Assembly (NCBI RefSeq): GCF_001194135.2
Contig: NC_068990.1
Span: 78,363,498-78,427,497, forward strand
Direction of reading: 5' to 3'
DNA length: 64,000 bases
Origin: Octopus bimaculoides
Lineage: Eukaryota
A program made the position numbers and the translations under genes. The notes beneath the pieces are model-generated. The model worked only from the letters and a program-made list of their open reading frames with translations, did not search any database and was not told where the DNA came from. Shown here piece after piece: positions 1 to 13,354 of this stretch; within the stretch, counting starts at the first letter, position 1; the number at the start of each line of letters is the position of its first letter.

Positions 1-1165
1 TTATATTTATTATGAAGACGTGAGAAATTGTGATGTTCATGCCTTTCTTGTTATTAGTAACATAGTATAAACCCTTTTAACTGAATACTGAAACTACATT
101 GTGGACATTTAATGAGAGTATGGATTTTTCAAAGTCATTCTCCACCTAACAACACCAACAGCAATAATAGCTAGACAACCAGAGGAGTGAGTCAGCAGAA
201 AAGGGTAAAAAATTATAAAAATAAACAAATATTCAAAGCATATTCAGAAGGATAAGGCTGTTTTACTTTAAAGAAACTTATATAAGACAATTCAAACGGA
301 TGAAAAACAAGAAAAAAATAAAAGATCTCTTTTTTCATATATTTTAAATCTTTGGACAATGGACATGAGTTTAAAAAATAAAATAAGAACAGTAATAAAC
401 GAGTGAAGAAAAAAATAAATAGTGTGTGTGTTTATTTGGCAAAAAAAAAAAAAAAAAAGTGACCATCACGAAATACAATAAAATCTTTTTTTTTTTATTT
501 TCATTTAATTTTCTGGCATGAAGCTACACCTTCTCAAGAACCCAACAAGGAAATCCGAGATACACTTCCTCTATACACCTCATTCTGCTCAGCTCCTAAC
601 TTAAAATTGAGTTAGAGCCAAGATAATGTGATGACAAGAAAAAAAATCCTAATTAATACCTAAGTAATGAGAAGAAGAAAACATTAACTTAATGACTCGT
701 TAGCACTACTTTAGTCTCTACCTCAACTAGGTTAGTTTTAATTGGGTTTATTCTTTGAGCAGATAGCTTCCCTAAGCAATTTCCATCAATTCCAGTTTTT
801 GATATCACTTGTGTATATTGATAGAGTGATTTTCTTATAGTATGGAACCAAGTATGAAAACAGCTTCAAGCAGAACAGAAACATATCTGCAGTGTCACCA
901 ATATTTGCCAAGATTAAATTAAAATTAGTTATTGAGCTTATCCCCACCACATAATGATTATTAATTAATTAGATCCCCACCCCCTTAATGTTATGACATT
1001 AAGCAGACAACCCTAATAAGTCTTATTTCTATCAATGTTATCCCCCAGTCTGGCCTGGTTGGAAATGAGACATTCATATACAATGTAGAATTGTTAAGTG
1101 ATCAAAGTCTCCAGGCCCTTAAAAAAAAATTATTAGAATTTCTAACAAAAGCAGAACCTTTTTTT

Positions 1166-1297
1166 TCTATTGACTCTGAAAGAATGAAAGCAAAGACAAT
1201 TTCAGTGGGATTTGAACTCTAAATGTTAAGGAATGTGACTAAATATGACAAGCTATTTTGTCTCATGCTATACTAGTTCTGCTACCCCACTTGCCTT
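1166..1297 (-). mobile_element. Degenerate copy of tRNA-derived SINE family A
   Basis: gaatgaaagcaaagacaat..gggatttgaactc..ttctgct..cttgcctt resembles the reverse complement of the family A head and core. Confidence 0.5.
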
Positions 1298-2599
1298 TTA
1301 TGATAATAAAAATAAAATAGTGCGAGCAAATGTGATGGTTGGAATATTGGTGGTCAGCTATCTTCTTCATCATTGTCTTGTAGCTCGTTAGCCAATGACA
1401 TTCACCTGAATTATGGATATCTTCCTATGCAATTTTTTATTTACAGTTGACATCACATCTAATATATTTCTCATAGTGCTGTCAGCAATCTGAAACACTC
1501 TGTTGTCAAGGTCAGGTTTTGTTAAGGTTCAGCAGCTCTGTGTCACTGAGATATTTCTCCCGATCTGTGTGCAGATTGCTGGGATCTTTTAGTCTTTCTG
1601 TTAAGTTCTTCCTGCTGTTGTTCCCTTTGATGTGCTACAAACAGTCATGTTTATCTTTACAGCAAGTTGCTTTTAATACTGAGCCTGACCATAAAAGTAG
1701 GTACGGCATGGATATCACCTTTTTAGTCAAGCAAGATTGTAGTAGAACCATTCACAGTCATTCTTCAAAGATGAGGGCTAAATCTCAGAAGAAGCAAGCA
1801 GCAAAATGGATCAACGACACAACCAATAAATGGCTGATCACTTTTATTGTAGAGGGTAAGGAGCATCAAGTTTCGCTAAATATTAAGCATCACACTGATT
1901 CCATTAGGAATGTCAGTTGAATTTGCTGCAAGTTGACCATTCAGTCCTTAATGGTACCTTTTTCTTGGATGATGGAAATAAAGAAAGGACTTATTTCTTG
2001 AGTTGAGAATTTATATGTATGGGAAGGCGTATGAGTCTCAAATTATTTTATAAGAAAAAATGTGAAAAGGATAAGTAATAGGTGTGTACAGTTTGGGTTT
2101 TTGATGCATTGACAATATAAACTTAAGTTTAATGTGGTGAGTGAAGTCTGATTTTAAAGTTAATGAACAAGGGAAGTAATTCTTTCAATTTAACAGTTTT
2201 ATTTTAATCTTTTTTTTTTTTTGCATAATCTTAATAAGTAACATTTAAACTGTTGTATTTTATCCTGTCTTCATAACTGAAGTATATACACCAAAACGAT
2301 AACAAGAGGGCACTGATTAAAGAGTTCACACCCTGAGAAAATTCATCCCAAATTTTGTAATTGTAAAGAAAATTCAAAGAACGAATCAGATGGCAATAGC
2401 TATGAGGTAGAGAAGTGTTAGTTATGATGTAAGAAGCAAGACTGATTAAGAATTTAAAGAAACTGAAAAAATATTGAAAGTGTCTCGATGTCAGCAACAT
2501 TTGAATTTAGAATAGTGAAACACAGAGCTAGGTACTAGATTTCTTCACCATTATTTAAAGAAAGACGGAGAGTACCTGTGACCATCGCAGATATTCTCA

Positions 2600-4150
2600 G
2601 ACTGGCAAGGTTGTTTAGTTAAAAAAATTTGCCTAATTTGGTTACCGTATGAAAAATCTGGGCAGAGTGAGAATTCAAGTGGGTTACAAAGATTCGGTGT
2701 TTAATGTTAAGTTTAGTTGATGGGCCAATAGAGATGAGATAAAGGAAGGCATCAAATAAGCCTGTAAGGATGTGGAAGTTGAGTGGAGATGTGAAAGGAG
2801 TAAGAGAGTATAGCCAGTAGCTATGTGAGCCAATTGTAGGGAAGGTGTTGTACAATTAGCAAATTCTTAGTTGAGTATGTCTTGAAATGTTGCCTTTATG
2901 TAAGTGTGCAAATCAAGTTATGTAGTGTCGATGATGTGTATAGATGACACGTGTATGTGACAAGCTGGAAAAGAATGCAAGGTTGTATGAGTTGTATCAA
3001 TGCATAAAAGGAAACATGTAGGAGACAAAAGTGAACTGAAAAATAGAGAGAAGTGTTGATAGAATGTAGATTAGAGTCCTATTAACATGCTGTGATGGAG
3101 AGGCTTCACAGAAAACTTCTGAACCAAGACCTGAGAAATGGACGGTAATTCTAGACAGGAGGCTGATATGTTAGACATAGGCAACAACACTGCTCCAACC
3201 CAAATTCTCAAGGGTGAGATCACTGGTGTTGTGACACAAGTGACCAAGTCTTAGGCAAAGCTGGCTCTACTAGAGACTGATGAAGGAACCATACTAAAGG
3301 GAATAAAGAGAGAATTGTTTACAACTGTTTGAGATGTTACAAGTGAGAGCAATAGAATGATGAGAAACAATATTCTTGTCGGAAATAGGATGCAAATGTG
3401 TGTTTCCATAGACTAAAGTAGAAACAGAGAAAGACCTTGAGTTTGGTGACAATAGAAACAGGCTTGAAAGAACTGTGTCTAAGGGTAGGGACAAAAAACA
3501 CTATGGGAACTGGTTACATTATTCAGATAGAATATTGGTCAACAACTGTGTGCTTGGAGTGGTCAGATATGGAATTGAAGAGAAGATGCTGGCTTTAAAT
3601 GGACTTACTCAGTGGTGATGTTATTTAGTTGTATGAGTAGATGAATACTTTTTGTTATGGCCTTTTTATAAGGCTTTCTTTTCAAAGAAACTCAAGACTC
3701 TTTGCATGTGTGTAGGGAGGGGGGAGGAGTCACAGGTAAATGATATTGCAATGATGGCAGTGTATTCCAATATGTCACTTCATCAGTCATCAAACTCTCC
3801 CCTCACCATGATTGGGGGTAAAGATTTGGACTCTACAACCCCATTGTTATCCCATTGCAATCTGGCACAGAATAGCAGTTGATTAGATTGATTCCAAATG
3901 TAAAGAACTGCAGCAAATATCAAAAGGTATTTGGTCTTGAACAATTCTGCTGATCCACTACATTCATATAATGACTGATTCTGCAACATTAGCAGCAAAG
4001 GATCAGAAAAACTGAGTGAAATTTGGGAGGTGAAAGCTTTTGTCTTCTAATAATCCTGCTGCATGTATTGTAATGGTAGATAAAATGGTGAGGCTTTGAA
4101 GTTTTCTCCAGATGTTGGTCATTTTTTTGCTGTACAGACAAACTGTCTGC
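2600..4150 (-). mobile_element. Highly decayed CR1/L2-like LINE remnant
   Basis: Broken minus-strand frames give IWVGA..., PLHH...STFYQHF (cf. PLxHRRxVxxLxxFYRY C-terminus) and SAELF. Many stops and frameshifts. Confidence 0.45.
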
Positions 4151-4494
4151 AAAAGAAGTGTTTGCTTTTGCTGGGTGAAAGATGAGCAAGGGCACATCAG
4201 TCATCTACATTGCTATTTTCAATTAGCAGAATTGAAGCAGCAAAGTGTTGAGAGGTAATGATGCAGAGAATGAGGGATGGTAAAGGGTGGTTTAAAAATA
4301 GATGAGAGTTCAGTGAAGAACATGGATAGATGAAGAGACTAACAGAATAATTCAGGAGAGTAAATAGTAAATAATGAAACTTTGTGCAAGGAATCCAAGG
4401 GCAAAGAAGAGATGTGTGGCACCGAAATCATTGAGGAGGGAGATTTCTTGAGATAAATCATCTTGAAGCAAGATGAGTGATAAGTTCAAAAACA

Positions 4495-4513
4495 GAGAGA
4501 GAGGGGGGGGAGG

Positions 4514-4582
<69 letters not shown>
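4495..4582. repeat. (GA)n microsatellite with G-run
   Basis: Directly visible. Confidence 0.97.
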
Positions 4583-4585
<3 letters not shown>

Positions 4586-4864
4586 AACAATCTCCTAGTT
4601 TGGTTAAAATTTTATCAATCTATGGTAGATAGCAAAAAGAAAAAAAAGATTTTCCTGCTGGTGCAAGAAACTAGATTAGCTAAGTGCAGATCTAATGATA
4701 ATGTAGCAGAGATGAACAAGTAAAACCTTTATGGAGTTGATTGCTCTGAGAGGAAGACAAAATAAGAAGAAGATTGCTAAGAAGTGAATACGGGACCACC
4801 ACCACCATCACCACCAAAAAAGAAAAGGGATTCAATATTGAATGCAGTTGAAATGTGTACTTAC

Positions 4865-4982
4865 CATGTAACCATCATTGTATGCAGGAAGATCATATAG
4901 AGATTCAGGGACTGTATCTTGATCAGCAGCGTAAGTTCCAGCAGTCCTAGTTGATGGCCCTCGAGATAAGAAACCACCATCA
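4865..4982 (-). CDS. PTPN4: PTPN3/PTPN4 orthologue, exon 5: linker before PDZ, (D)DGGFLSRGPSTRTAGTYAADQDTVPESLYDLPAYNDGYM
   Basis: ctttatctttccag|T...TACATG|gtaagt; 118 nt, phase 2 to 0, open frame, phase-compatible with exon 4, exon-like composition. The linker is poorly conserved, so assignment rests on splice signals and phase. Confidence 0.82.
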
Positions 4983-6233
4983 CTGGAAAGATAAAGAAAG
5001 TTTAAGTTTTGAGTGGGGAAGATGAGATAAGAGAGAGAGAGAGTGCTTGCACATAAGTTTCAACAGCCTCTGTTATGGTGGATGCATTTTGAAACATCAC
5101 TCAACTTGCTTTTATTGGAAGAAAAACGAGGGTGGGGGAAGTTAAAACTGAGAGGCATTTTTAGCTTGTGCTATTTTCAGCTTATGTTGAATTCATTACT
5201 GAAGGGTTAGGACCTATTCTTGGTCGCTATTTTTTTCATTGAAAAGATCTGAAAGATTTTTGTAGGTCACAAAAACACAGTTCCTACTAGCCCCAGCACT
5301 AAAACTATTAAATTTAATTCAAATTTATTTGAAGTAAATTTAACTGTTTGTCTAAATTTTCATTGCTTAACTATAACCTTGGTTACTGATATAGTTCCAC
5401 TGCTTAGAGGCCAAAGGTTTTCTTTTTTCTCTTTCCTGTCAAGAGACATATTTATTGTTTTCATCTTGATTGATTTTCACTGCACTAGTGATCATTATTC
5501 ATCATTTGTCCTTCTTCAGAAAGTAAATGGATGTCTTTTAACAACAGGATTGAAATACAATAAAAATTATATAGAAATAATAAAAAAGAACCCTAGAAAA
5601 TTGTAGGACTTATAAAACTAGCTATTAACAGTCTTTAGCGCCAGTGGAACAATATCAACAAGCAGGGTGTAGTTGTACAACAAAAATTCTGACTAACTGA
5701 AATTAATTAAATAGTTGTGTGTTATTAAAAGACTTTTGCACAATGTAGTTGCTTCCCTTCCAACACATTACCTCAGAGTAATTCTCATATGAAAGAAACT
5801 TATCATACAGCACTCAGGTAGACAATGTATAACTAGATTAGTTTTATAGAGCCGTAGATCCACAAGAGCTTGTTGCTAAATGCATGTTTAATGACACAAA
5901 GGGTAGTTAACCATTTATTGCTTTGTATTGCATTTTAGAGATTTTTTTAAGGAGTGGGTACAGGGTAACAAAATCTTAGGAGCTACAATATCAATGCCCT
6001 ATCAAAAACCATTTGTCATAGTTTAAGTCACAGTTGAAATGGTCAGTAGATTGGCAGCAGTTTAACTAGGAATGATACAGGATGCTGGAACCAATGTAGA
6101 AGCTTGACAAGATAGAAATATTAGCTCAATTTCCCTTAAATCTTTAAAAGAAACAAAAAAACAATTTTACTTAATGTGATTTTAAGCAAAAAAAACAAAA
6201 GAAACTAGAACACACAGCAGTAATGCTTCTAAC

Positions 6234-6323
6234 CAGAGGAGTCAAACTTGCAGCTCAACAGCAAAAATCTCTCATAGGCTAATACCATATTATTATATAC
6301 TTGGGCAGACCTTGGAACCCCTG
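6234..6323. mobile_element. Possible tiny hAT-like MITE relic
   Basis: Left cagaggagtcaaact, right ggaacccctg (cf. CAGGGGT termini); no 8-bp TSD visible. Confidence 0.25.
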
Positions 6324-6646
6324 TTGCTTTTGTTGCAGAAAGAGAAAAATTATTCTGACTTGTTCTTGTCTTCAATTGAGAAGCCAAACTATTTATTCAC
6401 AATCATATTAGCTGTTATTTGACCCAGAGCAGATATACAATGATGTATTGTTTGGCAAAATGATGGTGCATAGCAAAATGCCATGTATGGTTGCTTTTCA
6501 TTATGATTTGATCCCGTGTTGATTTTCATAGCTTCATTTAGATGTATTTATACAGAAACTATGCCATGAAGTTTAACTGCAAAAATAGGATGTCATGATT
6601 ATTTGTCATGTGTGTGAAAAACAGTGTATTTTGAGTTCAGTCAGAT

Positions 6647-7380
6647 CTCTTCAGTTTCGTTCATAGATTTTTAAAATATTTTTTTTGATAAACAGTTTGA
6701 AACTTTGTATACTGGTGTAATTTCTCACGCTGAACATGGTTTACTTTGAACACTTTTGACAAAATTTTGTATTTTAAAAGTTATTTCATGCTAAAGTTGT
6801 CGTATTTGGGTAATCTTAGCCAATCAACAACATGTATTCAGATGAAGAAAGCTACTGCTGTTTGCAATAGTAATCAAAGAGCAACAACTTCCAGGCCATC
6901 TCTACTAAATGTCACCATTCTGTTCTATTTTATTTTTGTTTACTGCCTGTGTTGCTTTGTTTGCTTTTGGAATGCCTCTTTGTAAATTTGCATTTTTACC
7001 ACTTGTACAAAGAGGCAATCAAAAAGCAAAAACAAACAAAAAATAAATAAGATAAACAAAAAAATGTAATATGCAGCACAGGCAGTAAACAAAAATAAAA
7101 TAGAACAGAATGGCGACATTTAGTAGAGATGACCTGGAAGTTGTTGCTCTTTGATTGCTATCGCAAACAGCAGTAGCCTTTCTTCAGTTGAATACATGTC
7201 ATTGATTGGTTAAAGTTACCCAAATAAAACAACTTTAACATGAAATAACTTCTAAAATGTTGTCAAACATGTTGAAAGTAAACTGTGTTCAGTGTGAGAA
7301 ATTACACCAGTATACAAAGTTTCAAAACTGTTTAGTTGAAAAAAAATAATTAAAAAAATCTGTGAGCAAAACTGAAGAAA
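6647..7380. mobile_element. Foldback (palindromic MITE-like) element with arms of about 340 bp
   Basis: 6647-6984 is the reverse complement of 7006-7380 (e.g. aactttgtatactggtgtaatttctcac / gtgagaaattacaccagtatacaaagtt; cttccaggccatctctactaaatgtc / gacatttagtagagatgacctggaag); 21-nt loop; one ~40-nt bulge in the right arm. Confidence 0.9.
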
Positions 7381-7916
7381 TGCGTTGAGTCTTTTGTATT
7401 ATATAAAGACACTTTGGTTGTAGTTGTAAGATAGACTTAGTCAGAATATGATGGCTTTATTTCTTTGGGGTTTAGAAGAGGAATGATGATTTTGAAATGT
7501 AAGCATGAGGGTAGTTCATAAGGGTAGGAACAAAAGTGTCTTTAACCAAGTATTGTAATCCCTCAGGTCTACCACTTATCCTCCTCCTTCTCCTCCGCCA
7601 CTTTACTCTGTCTCCATAGATTCACAGACTCCTCTGCACTAAACACACTTTTCCTCATCTCTTTCTCAAGAACTAGAATGCTTTGGAATTTCATCTACAA
7701 CTACATTTATTTTCTTACAGACACTGGCACACAGATTTCCAAACTGAATGACAACAGCATTAATCTCAGCAATATGGCATTGGTAGTGGTGGGGGTGGGG
7801 GTGGGGGGTTTACAGTGATGTCATGGATAATGCTCTCCTACACAGCCAACAACCTTATATATGAAAAAGAGAGAAGAGAGGGAAAGAAAGAGTAGGAGTG
7901 AGGGAATGAGAAGCAA

Positions 7917-7920
<4 letters not shown>

Positions 7921-7972
<52 letters not shown>

Positions 7973-8445
7973 NNNNNNNNNNNNNNNNNNNNNNNNNNNN
8001 NNNNNNNNNNNNNNNNNNNNNNNNNNNNNNNNNNNNNNNNNNNNNNNNNNNNNNNNNNNNNNNNNNNNNNNNNNNNNNNNNNNNNNNNNNNNNNNNNNNN
8101 NNNNNNNNNNNNNNNNNNNNNNNNNNNNNNNNNNNNNNNNNNNNNNNNNNNNNNNNNNNNNNNNNNNNNNNNNNNNNNNNNNNNNNNNNNNNNNNNNNNN
8201 NNNNNNNNNNNNNNNNNNNNNNNNNNNNNNNNNNNNNNNNNNNNNNNNNNNNNNNNNNNNNNNNNNNNNNNNNNNNNNNNNNNNNNNNNNNNNNNNNNNN
8301 NNNNNNNNNNNNNNNNNNNNNNNNNNNNNNNNNNNNNNNNNNNNNNNNNNNNNNNNNNNNNNNNNNNNNNNNNNNNNNNNNNNNNNNNNNNNNNNNNNNN
8401 NNNNNNNNNNNNNNNNNNNNNNNNNNNNNNNNNNNNNNNNNNNNN

Positions 8446-8495
<50 letters not shown>

Positions 8496-8500
8496 GTGTG
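7921..8500. repeat. (GA)n, assembly gap (N 7973-8445), (TG)n
   Basis: Directly visible. Confidence 0.97.
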
Positions 8501-8524
8501 TACATGGGGAAAAAATAAACAGTA

Positions 8525-9690
8525 ATGATTGGTGATGGAATAGATCTGGAAGAAGTGCAGTTTGGTTTTGTGCCCGAAAGAAATACTACAGATGCAGTCT
8601 TCCTGCTGGGGCAGCTGCAGGAGAAATACTTGGCTAAGATTAAAACCTTATTCCAAGTCTTTGCTGATATGGGGAAGGCAAATGACATGGTAACGTTCAG
8701 TATATGGTAATTGCTAAAGAAACTAGATGGAGAGGAATGGCTCGTGAAAGTTGTACAAGTTATGTACAAAAGTGCAGTTAATAAAATAAGAGTCACCATC
8801 AACTTCAGTGAAGAATTTAGTATGAGGTTCGATTCTCAGTCTGTTCCTATTCATCATAGTCCTATAGGCCATCACTGAAGAGTTTAAGACTGGTTGTCCA
8901 TGGGAACTCATATACGTTGTGACCTAGATGTCATAGCTGAAATTTTAGGGGAATTAGAAAGGAAATTGCAGGCATGAAAAGTAAACCTGGAATTGAAAGG
9001 TCCCAAGGTAGTCTTAGCAAAGACATGAAAAGTCTTAGTAAAGAGAAAAGAAGCCAGGACCCTGGTATCTTCAGGGAAATGGCCTTATGTGATATGCAGA
9101 AAAAGAATAGGAATAAACTCCATATACTGTACTCAATGTAAGAAGCTATGGATACACATGTTGATGTGGAATCACAGGCAGACCAACAGAGGACATAAGC
9201 TTCATTATGAAAACACAGGAAAATGACTCCCTTGGATGTCTGGATGGCTTTCCAAAAGTTGATGACAGCTTTTGCTACCGGCCTAGGGGCAAAGGGAGTG
9301 GTTACTTTGAAAGTACTGTAGTCAGAATAAAGGGTAGATTGTATGACACATGTGTCAGAACTGCAATGCTGCATAGTAGTGAGATATGGGCCTTGGACAC
9401 AGTGGACATGAAAAAAACAGGTAAGAAATGAAGCTAGCATGCTCTGTTGGATGTATAATGCAAGTGTGCATGAATGACATAGTATAAATGTTGAGAGAGA
9501 GAGAGAGAGAGAGAGAGAAAAGCTGAGAATAATGGGAGACTGCACTGGTGTGGGAATGTGATGCATGTGGATGAGGGCAGCTGTATAAAGAAAATGCTTG
9601 ATTCCTACATGTGGCTGCAACTTGTGGATGAGGGAGACCCCAGAAAACATGGCATGAAGTGGTGAAGGCTGACTTCAGGATCTTGATTCT
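8525..9690 (+). mobile_element. RTE-clade LINE reverse-transcriptase remnant, 5' truncated and frameshifted
   Basis: IDLEEVQFGFVPERNTTDAVFLLGQLQEKYLAK; WLVKVVQVMY; SSGKWP.VICRKRIGINSIYCTQCK; KGRLYDTCVRTAMLHSSEIW; RLHWCGNVMHVDE; GRPRKHG. Multiple stops. Confidence 0.92.
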
Positions 9691-9718
9691 GGAAGCACTG
9701 TGCATGTATATATTATAC

Positions 9719-9723
<5 letters not shown>

Positions 9724-9766
<43 letters not shown>
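9724..9766. repeat. (TG)n microsatellite
   Basis: Directly visible. Confidence 0.97.
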
Positions 9767-9769
<3 letters not shown>

Positions 9770-10419
9770 TGTCCAAATAAGCACATCACTCAATCAATCT
9801 CCTCCTCCTCCTCACATCACCTCATATCTCTCAGTGCAGTTCTCCCAAACTCCTCCTGGTACCACTGTTCTTTCTCTTACCCTCCAGAACCATCTCATTT
9901 GTTAGCCTTTCTTCATCCATTAATATTGCTCTGTACACCCACATGTTACATTGGCCATCCCTTTCCATCCCACCACTGGGCCATTTAATTATCTTTCCTC
10001 ATGTACTATACCCATCTCTCTCTCTCCTCTCACTATCAACTGTATCATCATTACAATCCTGTTGTTAGTATCCTTCTTCCTTCTCCAACTTCTCACCATT
10101 CTATTAGCCTCTCCACCCTTCAACCCTACACAATCTTTAAAGAACCAGCCTATCACCCTTTCTCCCTATCTCTTCCTCACCATACATTCTTGCACACCAC
10201 CCCTACCCACTCCCTACCTTCAGCTTCCACCAGGACACCTCATCTCCATTATTTACCTCTTTGGAGATACTACCAATTCGTTCTCACTCTCTCTCCTAAA
10301 CGTGAATAGCTGTCTAACCTGCTCTACCTCATCACTTTCACCCATACTTTAACCCCATCTAGCATATGGTCGCCCCTTGGTCCTCAAGTTGTGTAGACTT
10401 TTGAACAGAATAGCTACCT

Positions 10420-10610
10420 CACTAATGGAAGTGGCATGAAAAAAGCAGCCAGCACAGCCTGTAAAGTGGCATTAGGAAAAGTATCCAGCCAGAGAAAGCA
10501 TGTCAAAACAGACACCAGAACATGATGCTGCCCTTGAAGCCATCAGATCCTATCAGAGCATCCAACCCATCAGCATGGAACACAGAAGTTAAATGATGAT
10601 GATGATGATT
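10420..10610 (+). mobile_element. RTE 3'-UTR/tail fragment ending in (GAT)n
   Basis: gtggcattaggaaaagtatccagcc...catccaacccat-cagcatggaa..gttaaatgatgatgat; matches the tail of the RTE at 32811-33200. Confidence 0.8.
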
Positions 10611-10872
10611 AATGACAAGAGAACAGGAGTTGTGTAATCACCTTCATTAGCTTACAACTGTTTCTGCTAAGAGAAGCAGTGCACTCAGAGCTGAATGCTT
10701 GTGCAACATCCTATAGCTACCTCAGCACCAATAAAATGATGTGCATTGAGAAATATGCAGATTTATATAAACATATGTATTCATGCATAATAAACAAGTG
10801 CATATGTGGGACCTCACTTGGCCCTACATGAGATTTGAAACCGAATCTGTAAATTCATATATACACATGTGT

Positions 10873-11215
10873 AAGTGGTGCACAGTGTAGCAGGTTAGGG
10901 TATTGCACTTATAATTGCAAGATCGTGGTTTTGAATCCCAGACCATGGTGCATTGTGTTCTGGAGTAAAGCACCTCATTTCATGTTATGCCATTCCACCT
11001 GGCTGTAAATGAGTAACCCTGTGATGGACTAGCATTCTGTTCAGGTGTGTTGGCCTGTCCAGCTAGCTGGCAGGGTGGCATCATTCAAAAGCTACATCAT
11101 CATCATCGTTTAATGTCCGCTTTCCATGCTAGCATGGGTTGAGGAAATGCAATGCACTGAGACCGGTGGTGTACAACAATATGTGATAGTCAGATTGATA
11201 CAGTGCGATATATAT
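10873..11215 (+). mobile_element. tRNA-derived CORE-type SINE interrupted by a 47-nt RTE-tail insert (11095-11141, opposite strand)
   Basis: B-box-like ggttttgaatccca; core gtgttctggagtaaagcacctcatttcatgttatgccattccacctggctg matches the reverse complement of 63910-63960. Confidence 0.72.
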
Positions 11216-12118
11216 TCTCCAGAATGGTTGTAGCTCTTGAGCTGAAACTAATAAAAGGCACACATACACACCTGTTTATTATGTACATATGTGAATACAT
11301 ACATTTTTATCAATTTATATATTTCTGGGTGTGGCTTCAATTTCTCAATCCATATTGCATTATCTATTTATATATATGGTTCTGAATGCCACCAAGTCTA
11401 TTTATTCAAATGTTTGCCAAAATATATATACACTTCATTTTAATGGCTCTAAGAAATTTATAGAGTGTTATACAAACATGTAGCTCTGAGAACATTACTT
11501 CTTATAGCTGACACAGCCACAAGCTAATGAAGGAGATTTCATAATTCCTGTTCTCTTGTCATTTTGGCAGTGCCACAGCATGACCACAGCCTTAGAGCTG
11601 AAACACATTAACAGAAAATATATATTTTTGTTAAAATAAATCTTTGCAATACTTTCATGTTTGGGTGAATGAGTATTCAAGTCCCAGGATTTGAAATTAT
11701 AAGAATTAACACTCAAGTGGTTGAACATCTGTAACTAACATACACACATACATTTTTCATGTTCTTTATCTTTCACACATTTCATAGGATGTTTTATGTA
11801 TAACACAACAGTGATGCCGTACACATCAACTGAAGGTAACAAAGTTTAAAAAGACTTCTCAGTCTGTTTATCTGGTCCCAGCAGACAAAATGGAAAAGGC
11901 ACTGGAGGATGGCCAGGGAGATATACAGGAACAATACAAACTGATGGCCAAATACATAGCCTATCCCAATCCTTTTTCAGAATATTTAGAAATATATAAT
12001 CTAGGAATATATTATCAAGTGTGTCCTTCCTTTTTTAATGACAGCGTGTGCTTTGATGGAAATTTCAAAGATTTCTAGCAGGTCAAGTGGTTGAGTAAAG
12101 TGTTATTAGTTGTGCCTC

Positions 12119-12180
<62 letters not shown>
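12119..12180. repeat. (TAG)n microsatellite
   Basis: Directly visible. Confidence 0.97.
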
Positions 12181-13354
12181 AAAGGTTAGCTATGATAGAA
12201 TAGTAACATAGCAAGTGAAATTAATACTAAAACATTGAGGGATGACTTACAGATCTGAAATTTATGATGCAGTCACCAAAAGTTTAAAATTATACTGGAG
12301 ATTTTCTGGGTATTTTTTTTCTTTTTTAAAGTTTTGGAACATGTGGACTTTGCATGGAGGAGGCTGAGAATTTATTTCAATGGAAGTTTAGCCACTGCAC
12401 TGACCTGAAGGTATTGTTCATTCAAAGAAGCAAGGAAATGTTAATACTCATTTTCCCAAGGGATTGACTTAGATAAATATTTAATTACTAAGCCCTCTTC
12501 GACAGTGAATAATTTATAGTGTCTTCATCTTTAGCAAGTGAAAATATGAAGCGAAACCTAAAGGAATAAGTATCTCTGTCAGTGAACAGTGATGTTGCTG
12601 TTGTACTTTTAGTGGTGGTGGTGATGGTGGTGGTAATAATACATGAACAGCCTCAAGCAGCCAGACTTATGGCCTGTTTGATAACATGCTCACACAAATG
12701 ATAACATGTGCATACATACTTATAGAGAACCACAAACATTATCCATATTTATGTTTGAATCATGAAAGTGTTTGAAGATTAGGATTTAGGATCACATCAA
12801 AACACACATTCCTAAATCTTATTCCAATTGTTACTCTGACAACCTTTATATTGCAAGACAATTCAAAATCTTAACAACAATAATATCAATTAAGGCATTT
12901 TAATCTATTGTGGAATCAAATTGTAACAACTCTAATGAAATTTCAACTGTCTAAGAAGATGAAAACTTATGGTAATCTTTCAGCTCATCTCATAATGAAA
13001 ACAGAAAAGAAGAACCTTGGAAAAGAGGGGGGGGGGGGAAGGTGGTGAAGAGTTTCTTGATTTTTGGTGCCATCCAAAGGACCCAACCAGCTACATTACA
13101 AATCCAACAGATTTCTCTGTCAGGTGGTGGCGATAAAATAAAAATCTTAAAATAAATTAGGATTTAGCTCTTTAACTGCATCAGTTAAAAACAAGAAGAA
13201 AAACCATTAGCTTACTAAAAGATTATTTTTGTTGTGGACATAGTGCAGTGAAAGGATTTTGGCAAAACTGAGTCTGCAAACATCCATCTTCCAGTTGAAA
13301 CTGATTTATTAAAATGATAACCAATTTTAGAGCTAATGAGGGAATTATTCCAGA

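Noticed and set aside
1519-1920. 133-aa plus-strand ORF with non-ATG start
   Set aside because: No recognisable motif or splice support; probably an old repeat fragment.
4003-4150. Possible phase-0 terminal exon after exon 5 (ttttgcag|TVCLYSKKMTNIWRKL...FF*)
   Set aside because: Lies in the decayed LINE region; PTPN3/4 should continue into a PDZ domain, and no PDZ-like exon is present in 1-4864, so the next exon is probably outside the window.
10873-10945. tRNA-like sequences at SINE heads (also 31905, 60567, 63950)
   Set aside because: Only A/B-box-like remnants continuing into SINE cores; no complete cloverleaf, so not called tRNA genes.
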